Source: Saprospiraceae bacterium (GTDB lineage Bacteria; Bacteroidota; Bacteroidia; Chitinophagales; Saprospiraceae). From it: a stretch of 24,000 nucleotides of DNA. The notes beneath the pieces were generated by a model. The model had not been told where the DNA came from, made no database searches, and was given only the letters and a program-made list of their open reading frames with translations. Location of the stretch: assembly GCA_028280415.1 (NCBI GenBank), contig JANQLV010000045.1, forward strand, positions 1 to 24,000, read 5' to 3'. The stretch's first letter is position 1. The number at the start of each line of letters is the position of its first letter. The translations under genes and the position numbers were made by a program. This document shows positions 13,866 to 22,559 of the stretch, in pieces.

Positions 13866-16286
13866 ATGCAAAGACTCTACTTTCAACCTTTCTTATTATT
13901 AGTTTTTTTATTCGTTTGCAACTCACTATGCGGGCAAACCTATGTCAACATCAATGCTTCGGGTAATAATAACGGTTCTTCCTGGGGAGACGCCTACACG
14001 GATTTAAGCGATGCACTTTTGAATACAAGTACTGGTGAAATCTGGATCGCAGCCGGCACCTATCATCCCGGTTCGGGAACAGCTGATTCTTCCTCCACAT
14101 TTTTCATAAATGCACCAATAGCCTTATATGGGGGATTTGCCGGTACAGAATCCAGTATCAACGAAAGAGATATCGAAAACAACCCTACTTTCCTGAGTGG
14201 GGATATTCTCGACAATGATCAAGTGAATATTTTTGATAGTAATAAAACGGATAATGTCCAGCATGTTATAGTTGTTGATAGCTTATTAGCTAATCCGGTT
14301 ATTTTTGACGGCCTGAATATTATCGGAGGGCATACCAGCGATATTAGTGATCAAAGTGAATTTTTCTGGAGAGGGGGAGGTATATTTACCTATAGTACTA
14401 TTCAGGTAAACAACTGTCACTTTCAGAATAATTTTGGCAGAAGCGGAGCAGGCGTTTACGTCTCGCCATCCGTGAGTACCGGAGGGGGAATCAATTCTTC
14501 GTTTACGGCTTCTTCTTTTTCCAATAATAATTCCAGTTCCCAGTCTGCAGGGATTTTTCTCAATGAGATATCGGATGTGACGATCAGTGATTGTGATTTC
14601 AGCAATAATCAAACGACTCGTGGTGCATTCTATCCTTTGTACTGTAGTAATGTATCTATTGATAATTGTACTTTTTCAAATAATGCTACCAACAGTAATA
14701 CTGCCTTCGGTGGAGCAGTTTTCAACTGGAACTCTACTGATGTAACTTTTTCAAACTGTATTTTTACAGAAAATTCAGCCGGAAATGGTGGCGCACTTTT
14801 TTATAATGGCAGTGAAGTCGATATTAACGCCAGTAATCTGGTTTTATACAATTGTACTTTCACGGATAATCAGGCATTTGATTTCGGAGGTGGAGGCCTT
14901 TATGATTTCAGCTCAAGTCTGACCATTGATAGTTGTACTTTTGAAGATAATAACGGGCCAAATGGAGGTCACCTCTTCCTGGGTGGAAGTGATAAAGAAG
15001 TTATTATACAAAAGTCTACCTTTTTGCGTGGAACTGCAAACTTTGGAGCAGCCCATACCTGCTATGGTACAAATGCCAATTATATCCTGGAAGACAATAA
15101 TTATAATACCGGTGTAGCCAATACCAGCGGAGGTGGAATCATAGTCGGATTTCAGGCTAACCTCATGGCAACAAACTGTACTTTCTCTGAAAATCAGGCG
15201 CAGTTTGGCGGAGCGATTTATACACAAAATGATAGTACTTTTGTCAACTATGAAAACTGTATTTTTGAAGCCAATAGTTCGGAAACATCCGGTGGAGCAA
15301 TTTACCAAAACGGAGGAATTCAAGGAGCCTATAACAATTGTCAGTTTCTGTTAAATATTGCAGAGGAATTCGGTGGAGCAATATTCGCCAATGTCAATTC
15401 CGATGATCTAGAGCCCGGGTTATTAGATTTAAACAATACTATTTTTAACTTTAATAACTCAGATATTCAGGGAGGAGCCGTTAATCTAAGTAATATCGAT
15501 GCAAATATCAGCAATTGCCTGATTGTTAATAATTTCGTAGCCTTGGATGGTAACTCCGGTGGGGCGATTTCCAATAATACCGGAGATAGTACAAATACAG
15601 AGCTAAACATTATCAATTCTACTATAGCGTTCAATCAAGCCCCGATCGGAGCCGGTATTTCTCAGTTTACCGATGATGATGAATCCTTTGCTAATATGAC
15701 CATTCAAAACTGTATACTTATCAATAACGGCAATAATTATGAAATCGAAGAAGGTAGCCCAACGGTTGTTTCCAATGGAGGAAATATCAGTAGCGATGCC
15801 AGTACGATAGGTATTCTGGATAATGCGAGTGATCAGCATGAAATTGATGATATGAAATTCGTCGATGCGCCCGCTTTTGACTACCATTTAACAGCGGAAA
15901 GCCCGGCGGTTGATGCAGGAGAATCAGCGAATGCCCCGCCCACCGATTTGGATGGAAACCCGAGAATTGGTGAAGTTGATGCTGGATCATATGAATTTGA
16001 TCCTTCGACTAGTGCAAATACCCTGAATATTGATCATGCCGCTTTGGAGATCAGCCCCAATCCGGTTGCCGATTTATTTCACTATTCACTTGAAAATAAC
16101 TGGACCGGCCGAATCGAATTGAGTATTTATAGTAATGATGGTCGAATAGTCAGAAAATGGTCTAAAGACAAGCATGAAACCCTGTTTCAGGAATCTTTTC
16201 CTATTCAGGCAATTCCGGCCGGCAATTACAGGCTCGTAGCTCGCCTGGGAGATGCTATAGCCAGTCAGGGTTTTATTAAGAAGTGA
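13866..16286 (+). CDS. Large secreted parallel beta-helix repeat protein (Pmp-like GGA[IVL]/FxxN repeats) with a C-terminal T9SS sorting domain
   Basis: I chose the ATG at 13866, giving the signal peptide 'MQRLYFQPFLLLVFLFVCNSLCGQ'. The ORF is open upstream to 13755. There are about 14 repeats of the form 'nC-x-F-x-x-N-x(4-8)-GGA-[IVL]-[FY]', for example 'NCTFSENQAQFGGAIYT' and 'NCIFEANSSETSGGAIYQ'. The C-terminal 'LEISPNPVADLF...AGNYRLVARL' is typical of a T9SS type-A CTD. Confidence 0.87.
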   Translation: MQRLYFQPFLLLVFLFVCNSLCGQTYVNINASGNNNGSSWGDAYTDLSDALLNTSTGEIWIAAGTYHPGSGTADSSSTFFINAPIALYGGFAGTESSINERDIENNPTFLSGDILDNDQVNIFDSNKTDNVQHVIVVDSLLANPVIFDGLNIIGGHTSDISDQSEFFWRGGGIFTYSTIQVNNCHFQNNFGRSGAGVYVSPSVSTGGGINSSFTASSFSNNNSSSQSAGIFLNEISDVTISDCDFSNNQTTRGAFYPLYCSNVSIDNCTFSNNATNSNTAFGGAVFNWNSTDVTFSNCIFTENSAGNGGALFYNGSEVDINASNLVLYNCTFTDNQAFDFGGGGLYDFSSSLTIDSCTFEDNNGPNGGHLFLGGSDKEVIIQKSTFLRGTANFGAAHTCYGTNANYILEDNNYNTGVANTSGGGIIVGFQANLMATNCTFSENQAQFGGAIYTQNDSTFVNYENCIFEANSSETSGGAIYQNGGIQGAYNNCQFLLNIAEEFGGAIFANVNSDDLEPGLLDLNNTIFNFNNSDIQGGAVNLSNIDANISNCLIVNNFVALDGNSGGAISNNTGDSTNTELNIINSTIAFNQAPIGAGISQFTDDDESFANMTIQNCILINNGNNYEIEEGSPTVVSNGGNISSDASTIGILDNASDQHEIDDMKFVDAPAFDYHLTAESPAVDAGESANAPPTDLDGNPRIGEVDAGSYEFDPSTSANTLNIDHAALEISPNPVADLFHYSLENNWTGRIELSIYSNDGRIVRKWSKDKHETLFQESFPIQAIPAGNYRLVARLGDAIASQGFIKK

Positions 16287-16301
16287 TCCTGTACGAAAGA
16301 A

Positions 16302-17054
16302 TTACCATTGTACCGTAAACAGAGCAAGGGCAAGGCCGCATAAAATCATAGCGATTTTCTTAAATGAGATGTGGTGATGCCCTTTGCTTTCGGTTTCAAA
16401 TAAAATCGTCGTAGCAATATGCAAAAATGAACCGACAACAATAGCCAGTAAAATCTTTTCAGTTCTCAAATTCAATATTCCCATCTCCACTAAAGCTCCT
16501 GCGCTAAGCGCTCCCAAAGGAGACATTAATGCAAAAATGACAACCATAATCACGATATATGTTTTTTTGAATTTGGACAAGTTTAATAAAAAAACCAATA
16601 CAAAAGCCGCCGGAATTTTATGCAAAATGATCCCAAAAAGCAAGTGCTCATGACTATGCTGATGATCATGCCCGCCCGAGTCGTGATACAAGTCGTAAAC
16701 CTCCAGGGGCATCCCCTCGATAAATGCGTGAATACACAAACCGAACAATATCTGGATGGCAAAACTGTTTTTGGGTTCGTGGCTGGGATGAATATGGCCA
16801 TGCTCTACCCCACCCGATAATAATTCGAGTAAAATTTGTATAAAAAAGCCAACTAATACCCAAATGCCAATAGAGTGGCTGTGGCCTTCATAAACATCTG
16901 GCAAAAGGTGCAGTACTGTAATTCCCAGTACATAAGCTCCTACAAATGAAAGTACCATTTGCAGGATATTGGCATTATAATTTTTTACATAAAATGCAGA
17001 AATCCCTCCAAAAATAACAGACAAGAACAAAAGTATATATTCCCAAAAATCCAT
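16302..17054 (-). CDS. ZIP-family divalent metal (zinc) transporter
   Basis: 250 aa polytopic membrane protein with His-rich loops ('HGHIHPSHEP', 'GGHDHQHSHEH') and ZIP-like TM motifs ('CIHAFIEGMP', 'LHKIPAAF'). Confidence 0.9.
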   Translation of the reverse strand: MDFWEYILLFLSVIFGGISAFYVKNYNANILQMVLSFVGAYVLGITVLHLLPDVYEGHSHSIGIWVLVGFFIQILLELLSGGVEHGHIHPSHEPKNSFAIQILFGLCIHAFIEGMPLEVYDLYHDSGGHDHQHSHEHLLFGIILHKIPAAFVLVFLLNLSKFKKTYIVIMVVIFALMSPLGALSAGALVEMGILNLRTEKILLAIVVGSFLHIATTILFETESKGHHHISFKKIAMILCGLALALFTVQW

Positions 17055-17077
17055 TTATACCTTATACATTTGAAAAG

Positions 17078-17668
17078 TTAAGCCAGCTTTTTTTGATAAA
17101 AATCGGTAATCCGAAAATCGGTTAATGACCGGTATATCATTGCCATTCCCAAACCAATCAGACTACCAATCAGTCCCCCTGCTACAATATCAAGCGGAAA
17201 ATGGACACCAACATACACTTGCCCTATTGCGATACTTGCCGCCCAGAGCAGTAAAGGTAATTTTAAATATTTGAATCTCCGACAAAAAGTAAACAGGAGT
17301 AAAAATGCCAGTGTAAAATGATTGGTCGCATGGGAAGAAGTAAAACTATAGCCATTACCACATCTGACCAGCAGCCGAACAGAATCCTGCAATCCGGGAT
17401 GATTACAGGGACGGATTCTTTGCACTCCCTTTTTGATAAGTTTACTACTCGTCGTATCCGAAATTCCCACGCTCAGGGCGATAAATAATACGAAGTAAAA
17501 GCCTTTAAGTCGATATTTGTATATTAAAAAAACAATTAGTGCGAGATAAAAAATGATCCAGGTTTCTTTAGCCCGCCACCAGGGCAGTAACCAATCGAGG
17601 AAATGGTTTTGCCAACCTTGATTGATCCATTCAAATAGTTGATAATCTAATTCTAAGATTGTTTCCAT
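17078..17668 (-). CDS. PAP2-family membrane phosphatase (phosphatidic acid / undecaprenyl-PP phosphatase-like)
   Basis: It carries the three PAP2 signature motifs: K-x6-RP ('KKGVQRIRP'), 'SFTSSH' and 'VGVHFPLD'. Several TM helices are present. Confidence 0.9.
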   Translation of the reverse strand: METILELDYQLFEWINQGWQNHFLDWLLPWWRAKETWIIFYLALIVFLIYKYRLKGFYFVLFIALSVGISDTTSSKLIKKGVQRIRPCNHPGLQDSVRLLVRCGNGYSFTSSHATNHFTLAFLLLFTFCRRFKYLKLPLLLWAASIAIGQVYVGVHFPLDIVAGGLIGSLIGLGMAMIYRSLTDFRITDFYQKKLA

Positions 17669-17850
17669 AAAAGTATTTGCCGCGCTAAGATAAGAGATCG
17701 GGTAAAGAAAGCAGAACAGATTGGGGCATTTGTTAATTTCTCTTCAATTCAACAAAATTGATGACAATATAATGCTCCATTTTTATATTTTTGCATTCGC
17801 TGGCTTCGAGCCAGAGAGTTAGTTTTGAATCATCTCACAATAGTTTAGTT

Positions 17851-19248
17851 TTGGCATTAATTAAATCAATTTCAGGAATCCGTGGTACGATCGGAGGCAA
17901 AGCAGGAGAAAATCTGACTCCTCAGGATATTGTTGAATGTACGGCAGCTTTCGGGCAGTGGGTAAAAGAGAAAAACGGCAAAACAAAAATTGTTATCGGT
18001 AGAGACGCCAGGATTTCAGGTGAAATTGTCAGTGCCCTGGTCGTCAACACTTTGCGTTCCCTTGGCTTTGACATAGTTGATCTGGGCTATTCTACCACAC
18101 CTACAGTAGAAATAGCTGTTCCCGAAGAAGATGCCGGCGCCGGTATCATTCTGACAGCCAGCCATAATCCCAAACAGTGGAACGCCTTAAAACTACTCAA
18201 TCACAAAGGAGAATTTATTTCTGCTTCGGATGGCCGTGAAGTTCTGGCTAAAATTGTAGCCCGAGATATTGAGTATGTGGATGTGGACAAATTAGGTGCC
18301 TATAGCCAGGATGATAGTTATATACAAAAGCATATCGATAAAATTTTTGCGCTTGATCTCGTCAATGTTGAAGCGGTAAAAGAAATGGCTCCAACGGTTG
18401 TGGTCGATTGTATTAATTCTACCGGGGTAATTTCTATGATTCCCTTACTCGAACAAATGGGATGTAAGCTTATTGCCATAAACGATGAGATGACCGGTCG
18501 CTTTGCGCATAATCCCGAACCATTACCCGAAAACCTTACTTCGCTCTCGGATGCCGTAAAATTTCATAAAGCCAAAATCGGGATAGCTGTTGATCCGGAT
18601 GTTGATCGTCTGGCACTGGTATCCGAGGATGGAGAAATGTTTGGTGAGGAATATACTTTGGTTGCTGTTGCCGACTATATTTTACAACATAGTCCGGGAG
18701 CGACGGTCTCTAACCTTTCTTCTTCCAGGGCATTGAGAGATGTAGCCGAGAAACACGGTGTTGTCTATGAAGCTTCTGCCGTAGGTGAAGTTAATGTAGT
18801 AGAAAAAATGAAAGCTATTAATGCCGTAATCGGAGGCGAAGGAAATGGAGGAATTATCTATCCGGAGCTGCATTATGGTCGCGATGCACTGGTGGGTGTA
18901 GCTTTGTTGTTATCCTATCTTGCAGAATTCGGAAAACCTCTATCATTTTTGAAAAGTACTTATCCTTCCTATACCATTTCAAAAAATAAAATCCAGCTTT
19001 CTCCGGAAATCAATCTCGATGAAGTATTTACCGGACTCAAAAAGAAATATGAGAACCAACCAATCAATACTATAGACGGCCTTAAGATAGAATTTGACAA
19101 AGATTGGGTACACCTTAGAAAATCTAATACAGAACCCATCATTCGAATCTATGCTGAAAGCACCTCAGAAGTTACGGCAAATAATCTGGCGGATAAAATA
19201 AAACAGGATATCAAAGAAATTCTGACCAAAGCCGCTACCGAAGGATAA
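17851..19248 (+). CDS. glmM: Phosphoglucosamine mutase
   Basis: Phosphoserine loop 'TASHNPKQWNALK', Mg site 'GIAVDPDVDRL' and sugar-binding loop 'GGEGNGG'. There is no in-frame ATG near the 5' end. I chose the TTG at 17851, giving '(M)ALIKSISGIRGTIGG', which is typical of homologues. The alternative is the TTG at 17791. Confidence 0.9.
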   Translation: MALIKSISGIRGTIGGKAGENLTPQDIVECTAAFGQWVKEKNGKTKIVIGRDARISGEIVSALVVNTLRSLGFDIVDLGYSTTPTVEIAVPEEDAGAGIILTASHNPKQWNALKLLNHKGEFISASDGREVLAKIVARDIEYVDVDKLGAYSQDDSYIQKHIDKIFALDLVNVEAVKEMAPTVVVDCINSTGVISMIPLLEQMGCKLIAINDEMTGRFAHNPEPLPENLTSLSDAVKFHKAKIGIAVDPDVDRLALVSEDGEMFGEEYTLVAVADYILQHSPGATVSNLSSSRALRDVAEKHGVVYEASAVGEVNVVEKMKAINAVIGGEGNGGIIYPELHYGRDALVGVALLLSYLAEFGKPLSFLKSTYPSYTISKNKIQLSPEINLDEVFTGLKKKYENQPINTIDGLKIEFDKDWVHLRKSNTEPIIRIYAESTSEVTANNLADKIKQDIKEILTKAATEG

Positions 19249-19534
19249 GGGCAGTGGTACATCTGTATTGTTTAACTGATGAGAATTGTAAATTTATAAA
19301 AAGCTAAGAATCATAATATTATAATTACGAGAGGGTTTTCTAAGCCTTTTAGCCCTTCTTTTTCTAAATAAAACCGTCTGTTCTTCTTCACCGCTTTGCT
19401 GTAAAACGACATTCAAAAAACAGGTTTGATCAAAGGATTTCTTAATTTTGTATGAGGATTGAGTTAATAGTTTACTAATCTCAAGTCTGTTATTGCATTT
19501 GTATCCTGAAATAAGAGTTTTAAATATTCATGTT

Positions 19535-20680
19535 ATGAGAGTTTATTTTGATAATGCTGCTACTACTGCGATAAGTCCCGAAGTAATTGAAGTAATGACC
19601 AATTGCATGCAGGAACAGTATGGTAATCCTTCATCTATCCATGCAGATGGCCGGCGGGTTCGTGCAGCTATTGAGGAAGCCAGAAAAAAAGTGGCTACTT
19701 GTATAGGTGCATCTATTGGAGAAATATTTTTTACTTCTGGTGGAACAGAATCCAATAATATGGCTCTGAAATGTGCAGTCAGAGACCTGGGTGTTACACG
19801 TATTATCTCTGCACCTACCGAACATCATTGTATCCTGCATACCCTGGAAGCCCTGGAAAAATATCACCATGTAAAAGTGGAATATTTGGATGTTTGCAAT
19901 AAAGGAAAGACTACGCTTGATCAATTGGAAAAACTATTGGTCAATGGTTCCGGGCAAACTACACTGGTGTCCTTAATGCACGCCAATAATGAAATCGGTA
20001 CCATGATCGATATTGATAAACTCTCTGAATTATGTCAACAACATAATGCTTTTTTGCACTCCGATACAGTACAAACAGTTGGACATTTCCCAATAGATGT
20101 GGACCAAACGAAAATCCATTTCCTATCAGGAGCGGCCCACAAATTCCACGGTCCAAAAGGAGTCGGTTTCGTTTATATCAACAATGATGTGACGATCAAA
20201 CCATTCATTGACGGAGGGGCTCAAGAAAGAAATATGCGCGGCGGAACGGAAAATGTCTACGGAATAGTAGGACTCGCCAAAGCTTTGGAATTAGCGGTAG
20301 AACATATGGAAAGCAGAAGGCAGCATATTGAGTCCATCAAAAATTATATGGCCGAACAATTAAAAAGCAATTTTCAGGATATTCAGTTTAATGGTGATAT
20401 GGACGGGGATAGCCTTTATACCGTATTAAGTGTTTCTTTCCCTCCTTCTCCAAAATCAGAAATGTTATTACTAAGTCTTGATATTTCCGGCATCAGTGCT
20501 TCCGGGGGCTCGGCTTGCAGTAGCGGTGCGGAAACTGGTTCACATGTAATGCAGGCTATCAAAGCCGTTCCGGGCCGAAAAACTATCCGATTTTCATTTT
20601 CGCATTATAATACCAAAGAAGAAGTAGATTTTGTAATTGAAAAATTGAAAACGGTGATTCCACAATTAATGGATGCATAA
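19535..20680 (+). CDS. Cysteine desulfurase (class V aminotransferase, NifS/IscS family)
   Basis: 'MRVYFDNAATT', 'TSGGTESNN', PLP-lysine motif 'AHKFHGPKGVG' and catalytic loop 'SGGSACSSG'. I chose the ATG at 19535. The ORF track extends to a TTG at 19493. Confidence 0.92.
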   Translation: MRVYFDNAATTAISPEVIEVMTNCMQEQYGNPSSIHADGRRVRAAIEEARKKVATCIGASIGEIFFTSGGTESNNMALKCAVRDLGVTRIISAPTEHHCILHTLEALEKYHHVKVEYLDVCNKGKTTLDQLEKLLVNGSGQTTLVSLMHANNEIGTMIDIDKLSELCQQHNAFLHSDTVQTVGHFPIDVDQTKIHFLSGAAHKFHGPKGVGFVYINNDVTIKPFIDGGAQERNMRGGTENVYGIVGLAKALELAVEHMESRRQHIESIKNYMAEQLKSNFQDIQFNGDMDGDSLYTVLSVSFPPSPKSEMLLLSLDISGISASGGSACSSGAETGSHVMQAIKAVPGRKTIRFSFSHYNTKEEVDFVIEKLKTVIPQLMDA

Positions 20681-20740
20681 GTTGCTTTTCGATACTCGAT
20701 TTTCGATATTCGCTCTCAGAAAAACGAAAATCGGGACATT

Positions 20741-21457
20741 ATGAAAATAGCTATCATCGGTTACGGAAAGATGGGTAAAATGATCGATCAAATTGCTACG
20801 GCTAAAGGCCATAAGATCGTTTTAAAAATTGATCGGGAAAATGCTCAAAGTCTGGAAGAAGAAAACCTGAAAAAAGCAGATGTAGCTATAGAGTTTACCC
20901 GCCCGGAAGCTGCTTTCCACAATATTTCGAAATGTATTAGCTCGGGGCTGCCTGTTGTCTCCGGTACCACCGGCTGGCTGGATAGAAAAGCGGAAATAGA
21001 AGCACTCTGTCAGGAGCATGGCAGCGCTTTTTTATACGCTTCGAATTTTAGTATCGGGGTAAATATTTTTTTCGCACTCAACCAGTTTCTGGCCAAAATG
21101 ATGGATCAGCAAAAAAGCTATGAGGTGAAAATGGAAGAAATACACCATACTCAAAAGCTGGATGCTCCCAGTGGTACAGCGATCAGCCTGGCCAATGATA
21201 TTATTGATCGGGTGGAAAGAAAATCCTCCTGGATCAATGAACTCAGCCAGGATGCACAACAGCTGTCCCTTATCAGCAAGAGGATTGACCAGGTACCGGG
21301 AACACATTCCATTTGCTACGAATCCGAAATCGATCAGATTGAAATCAGGCACATTGCACATTCCCGGGAAGGCTTTGCCAAAGGCGCTATCCAGGCTGCC
21401 GAATGGATTGTGGGCAAAAAAGGCTGCTTTTCAATGAAGGACGTTTTAGGTTTTTAA
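20741..21457 (+). CDS. dapB: 4-hydroxy-tetrahydrodipicolinate reductase
   Basis: 'MKIAIIGYGKMGK' Rossmann start and the diagnostic 'EIHHTQKLDAPSGTA' motif. The length of 238 aa fits. Confidence 0.95.
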   Translation: MKIAIIGYGKMGKMIDQIATAKGHKIVLKIDRENAQSLEEENLKKADVAIEFTRPEAAFHNISKCISSGLPVVSGTTGWLDRKAEIEALCQEHGSAFLYASNFSIGVNIFFALNQFLAKMMDQQKSYEVKMEEIHHTQKLDAPSGTAISLANDIIDRVERKSSWINELSQDAQQLSLISKRIDQVPGTHSICYESEIDQIEIRHIAHSREGFAKGAIQAAEWIVGKKGCFSMKDVLGF

Positions 21458-21458
21458 T

Positions 21459-22544
21459 ATGAAAAGAATTATCAAATTCATTGCTTATTTCTTACTTCTC
21501 TTTTTAATCTATGTTGCTGCCATTTTAATCCACGGCGGCTTAACAGATTATCAGCCCGAGGCAATTATCCAGCTTGAATCAGAGCGGGAAAGCCCTCAAA
21601 TGGTCATAGAGGATTCTACTTTTTCACTACTGATTTGGAATATCGGTTATGGGGGACTCGGTGCGGAAGCTGATTTTTTCTATCATGGTTCGGGATTTTT
21701 TGTAGCAGGAGATAATATGGTACGTCCGGACCGGGTACTTTCTGAAAAATTTATGAATGGCATTTATCGTACGATTGAGGATACGCCAAGCGACTTCATC
21801 CTCCTGCAGGAGGTAGATTTTGAATCAAAACGAAGTTATTATACGAATCAATTTGAAAAGATCGGTTCATTACTGCCAGCCTATTCCGCTTGTAAAGCCA
21901 CAAATTTCAAGGTTAGCCGCGTACCTGCTCCGGTTTTGCAGCCCTGGCAAGCCTATGGCCAGTGTTATAGTGGCCTGGCCACTTATAGCAAGTACGCCAT
22001 GAGTGATATAACCCGTTACCAGTTACCCGGAAGTTTTTCCTGGCCCAACAAGCCATTTATGCTGGATCGTTGTCTGCAGGTTTCCAGATATAATTTGAAA
22101 AATGGAAAAGAATTGGTCCTTGTCAATATCCACAATACAGCATATGAAAAAGATGGCAAAAGAAAACTGGAGCAATTAGCCTTTTTAAAAGATTTATTAA
22201 TACCAGAATATGAAAAAGGAAATTATGTGATTGCCGGTGGAGACTGGAATCAATCCCCTCCAGGTTTGCCAAGGGACTATTTTAAAAAAGTGGATTTAAC
22301 GGGTTTTAGCAACCTAAACATCCCCGAAAAGCTTTTTCCAGAGGACTGGAGATGGATATACGATCCGAGCACTCCTACCAACAGAAGCAATAAAGATCCC
22401 TTTGTGCCCAAAGAGACCTTTACTAGTTTAATTGATTTTTTTCTGATTTCTCCCAATATCCGGGCAGTTTCTGTTAAAAGTATAGATCAGCAATTTGCCT
22501 TTTCCGACCATCAGCCGGTACGAATGGAAGTGGAAATTGACTAA
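21459..22544 (+). CDS. Endonuclease/exonuclease/phosphatase (EEP) family protein with an N-terminal membrane anchor
   Basis: N-terminal hydrophobic segment 'IIKFIAYFLLLFLIYVAAILI'. EEP motifs 'ILLQEVD', 'VNIHN', 'GGDWN' and 'FSDHQPV'. It starts 1 nt after the dapB stop. Confidence 0.85.
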   Translation: MKRIIKFIAYFLLLFLIYVAAILIHGGLTDYQPEAIIQLESERESPQMVIEDSTFSLLIWNIGYGGLGAEADFFYHGSGFFVAGDNMVRPDRVLSEKFMNGIYRTIEDTPSDFILLQEVDFESKRSYYTNQFEKIGSLLPAYSACKATNFKVSRVPAPVLQPWQAYGQCYSGLATYSKYAMSDITRYQLPGSFSWPNKPFMLDRCLQVSRYNLKNGKELVLVNIHNTAYEKDGKRKLEQLAFLKDLLIPEYEKGNYVIAGGDWNQSPPGLPRDYFKKVDLTGFSNLNIPEKLFPEDWRWIYDPSTPTNRSNKDPFVPKETFTSLIDFFLISPNIRAVSVKSIDQQFAFSDHQPVRMEVEID

Positions 22545-22559
22545 CACTATTTCATTCCC

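Noticed and set aside
19331-19365. Possible terminator after glmM ('gagggttttctaagccttttagcccttctttttc')
   Set aside because: Only 3-4 bp imperfect pairings could be drawn (aggg/ccct, ctaa/ttag). The T-run is suggestive, but the stem is not convincing.
20685-20733. Direct repeats '[ac]ttttcgata' (20685-20694 and 20699-20708) and a 9-bp inverted repeat cgattttcg/cgaaaatcg (20697-20705 and 20725-20733) between the cysteine desulfurase gene and dapB
   Set aside because: The stem is short and AT-rich, has a 19-nt loop and is not followed by a T-tract. It is plausibly chance in AT-rich spacer DNA and too weak to call a terminator or operator.
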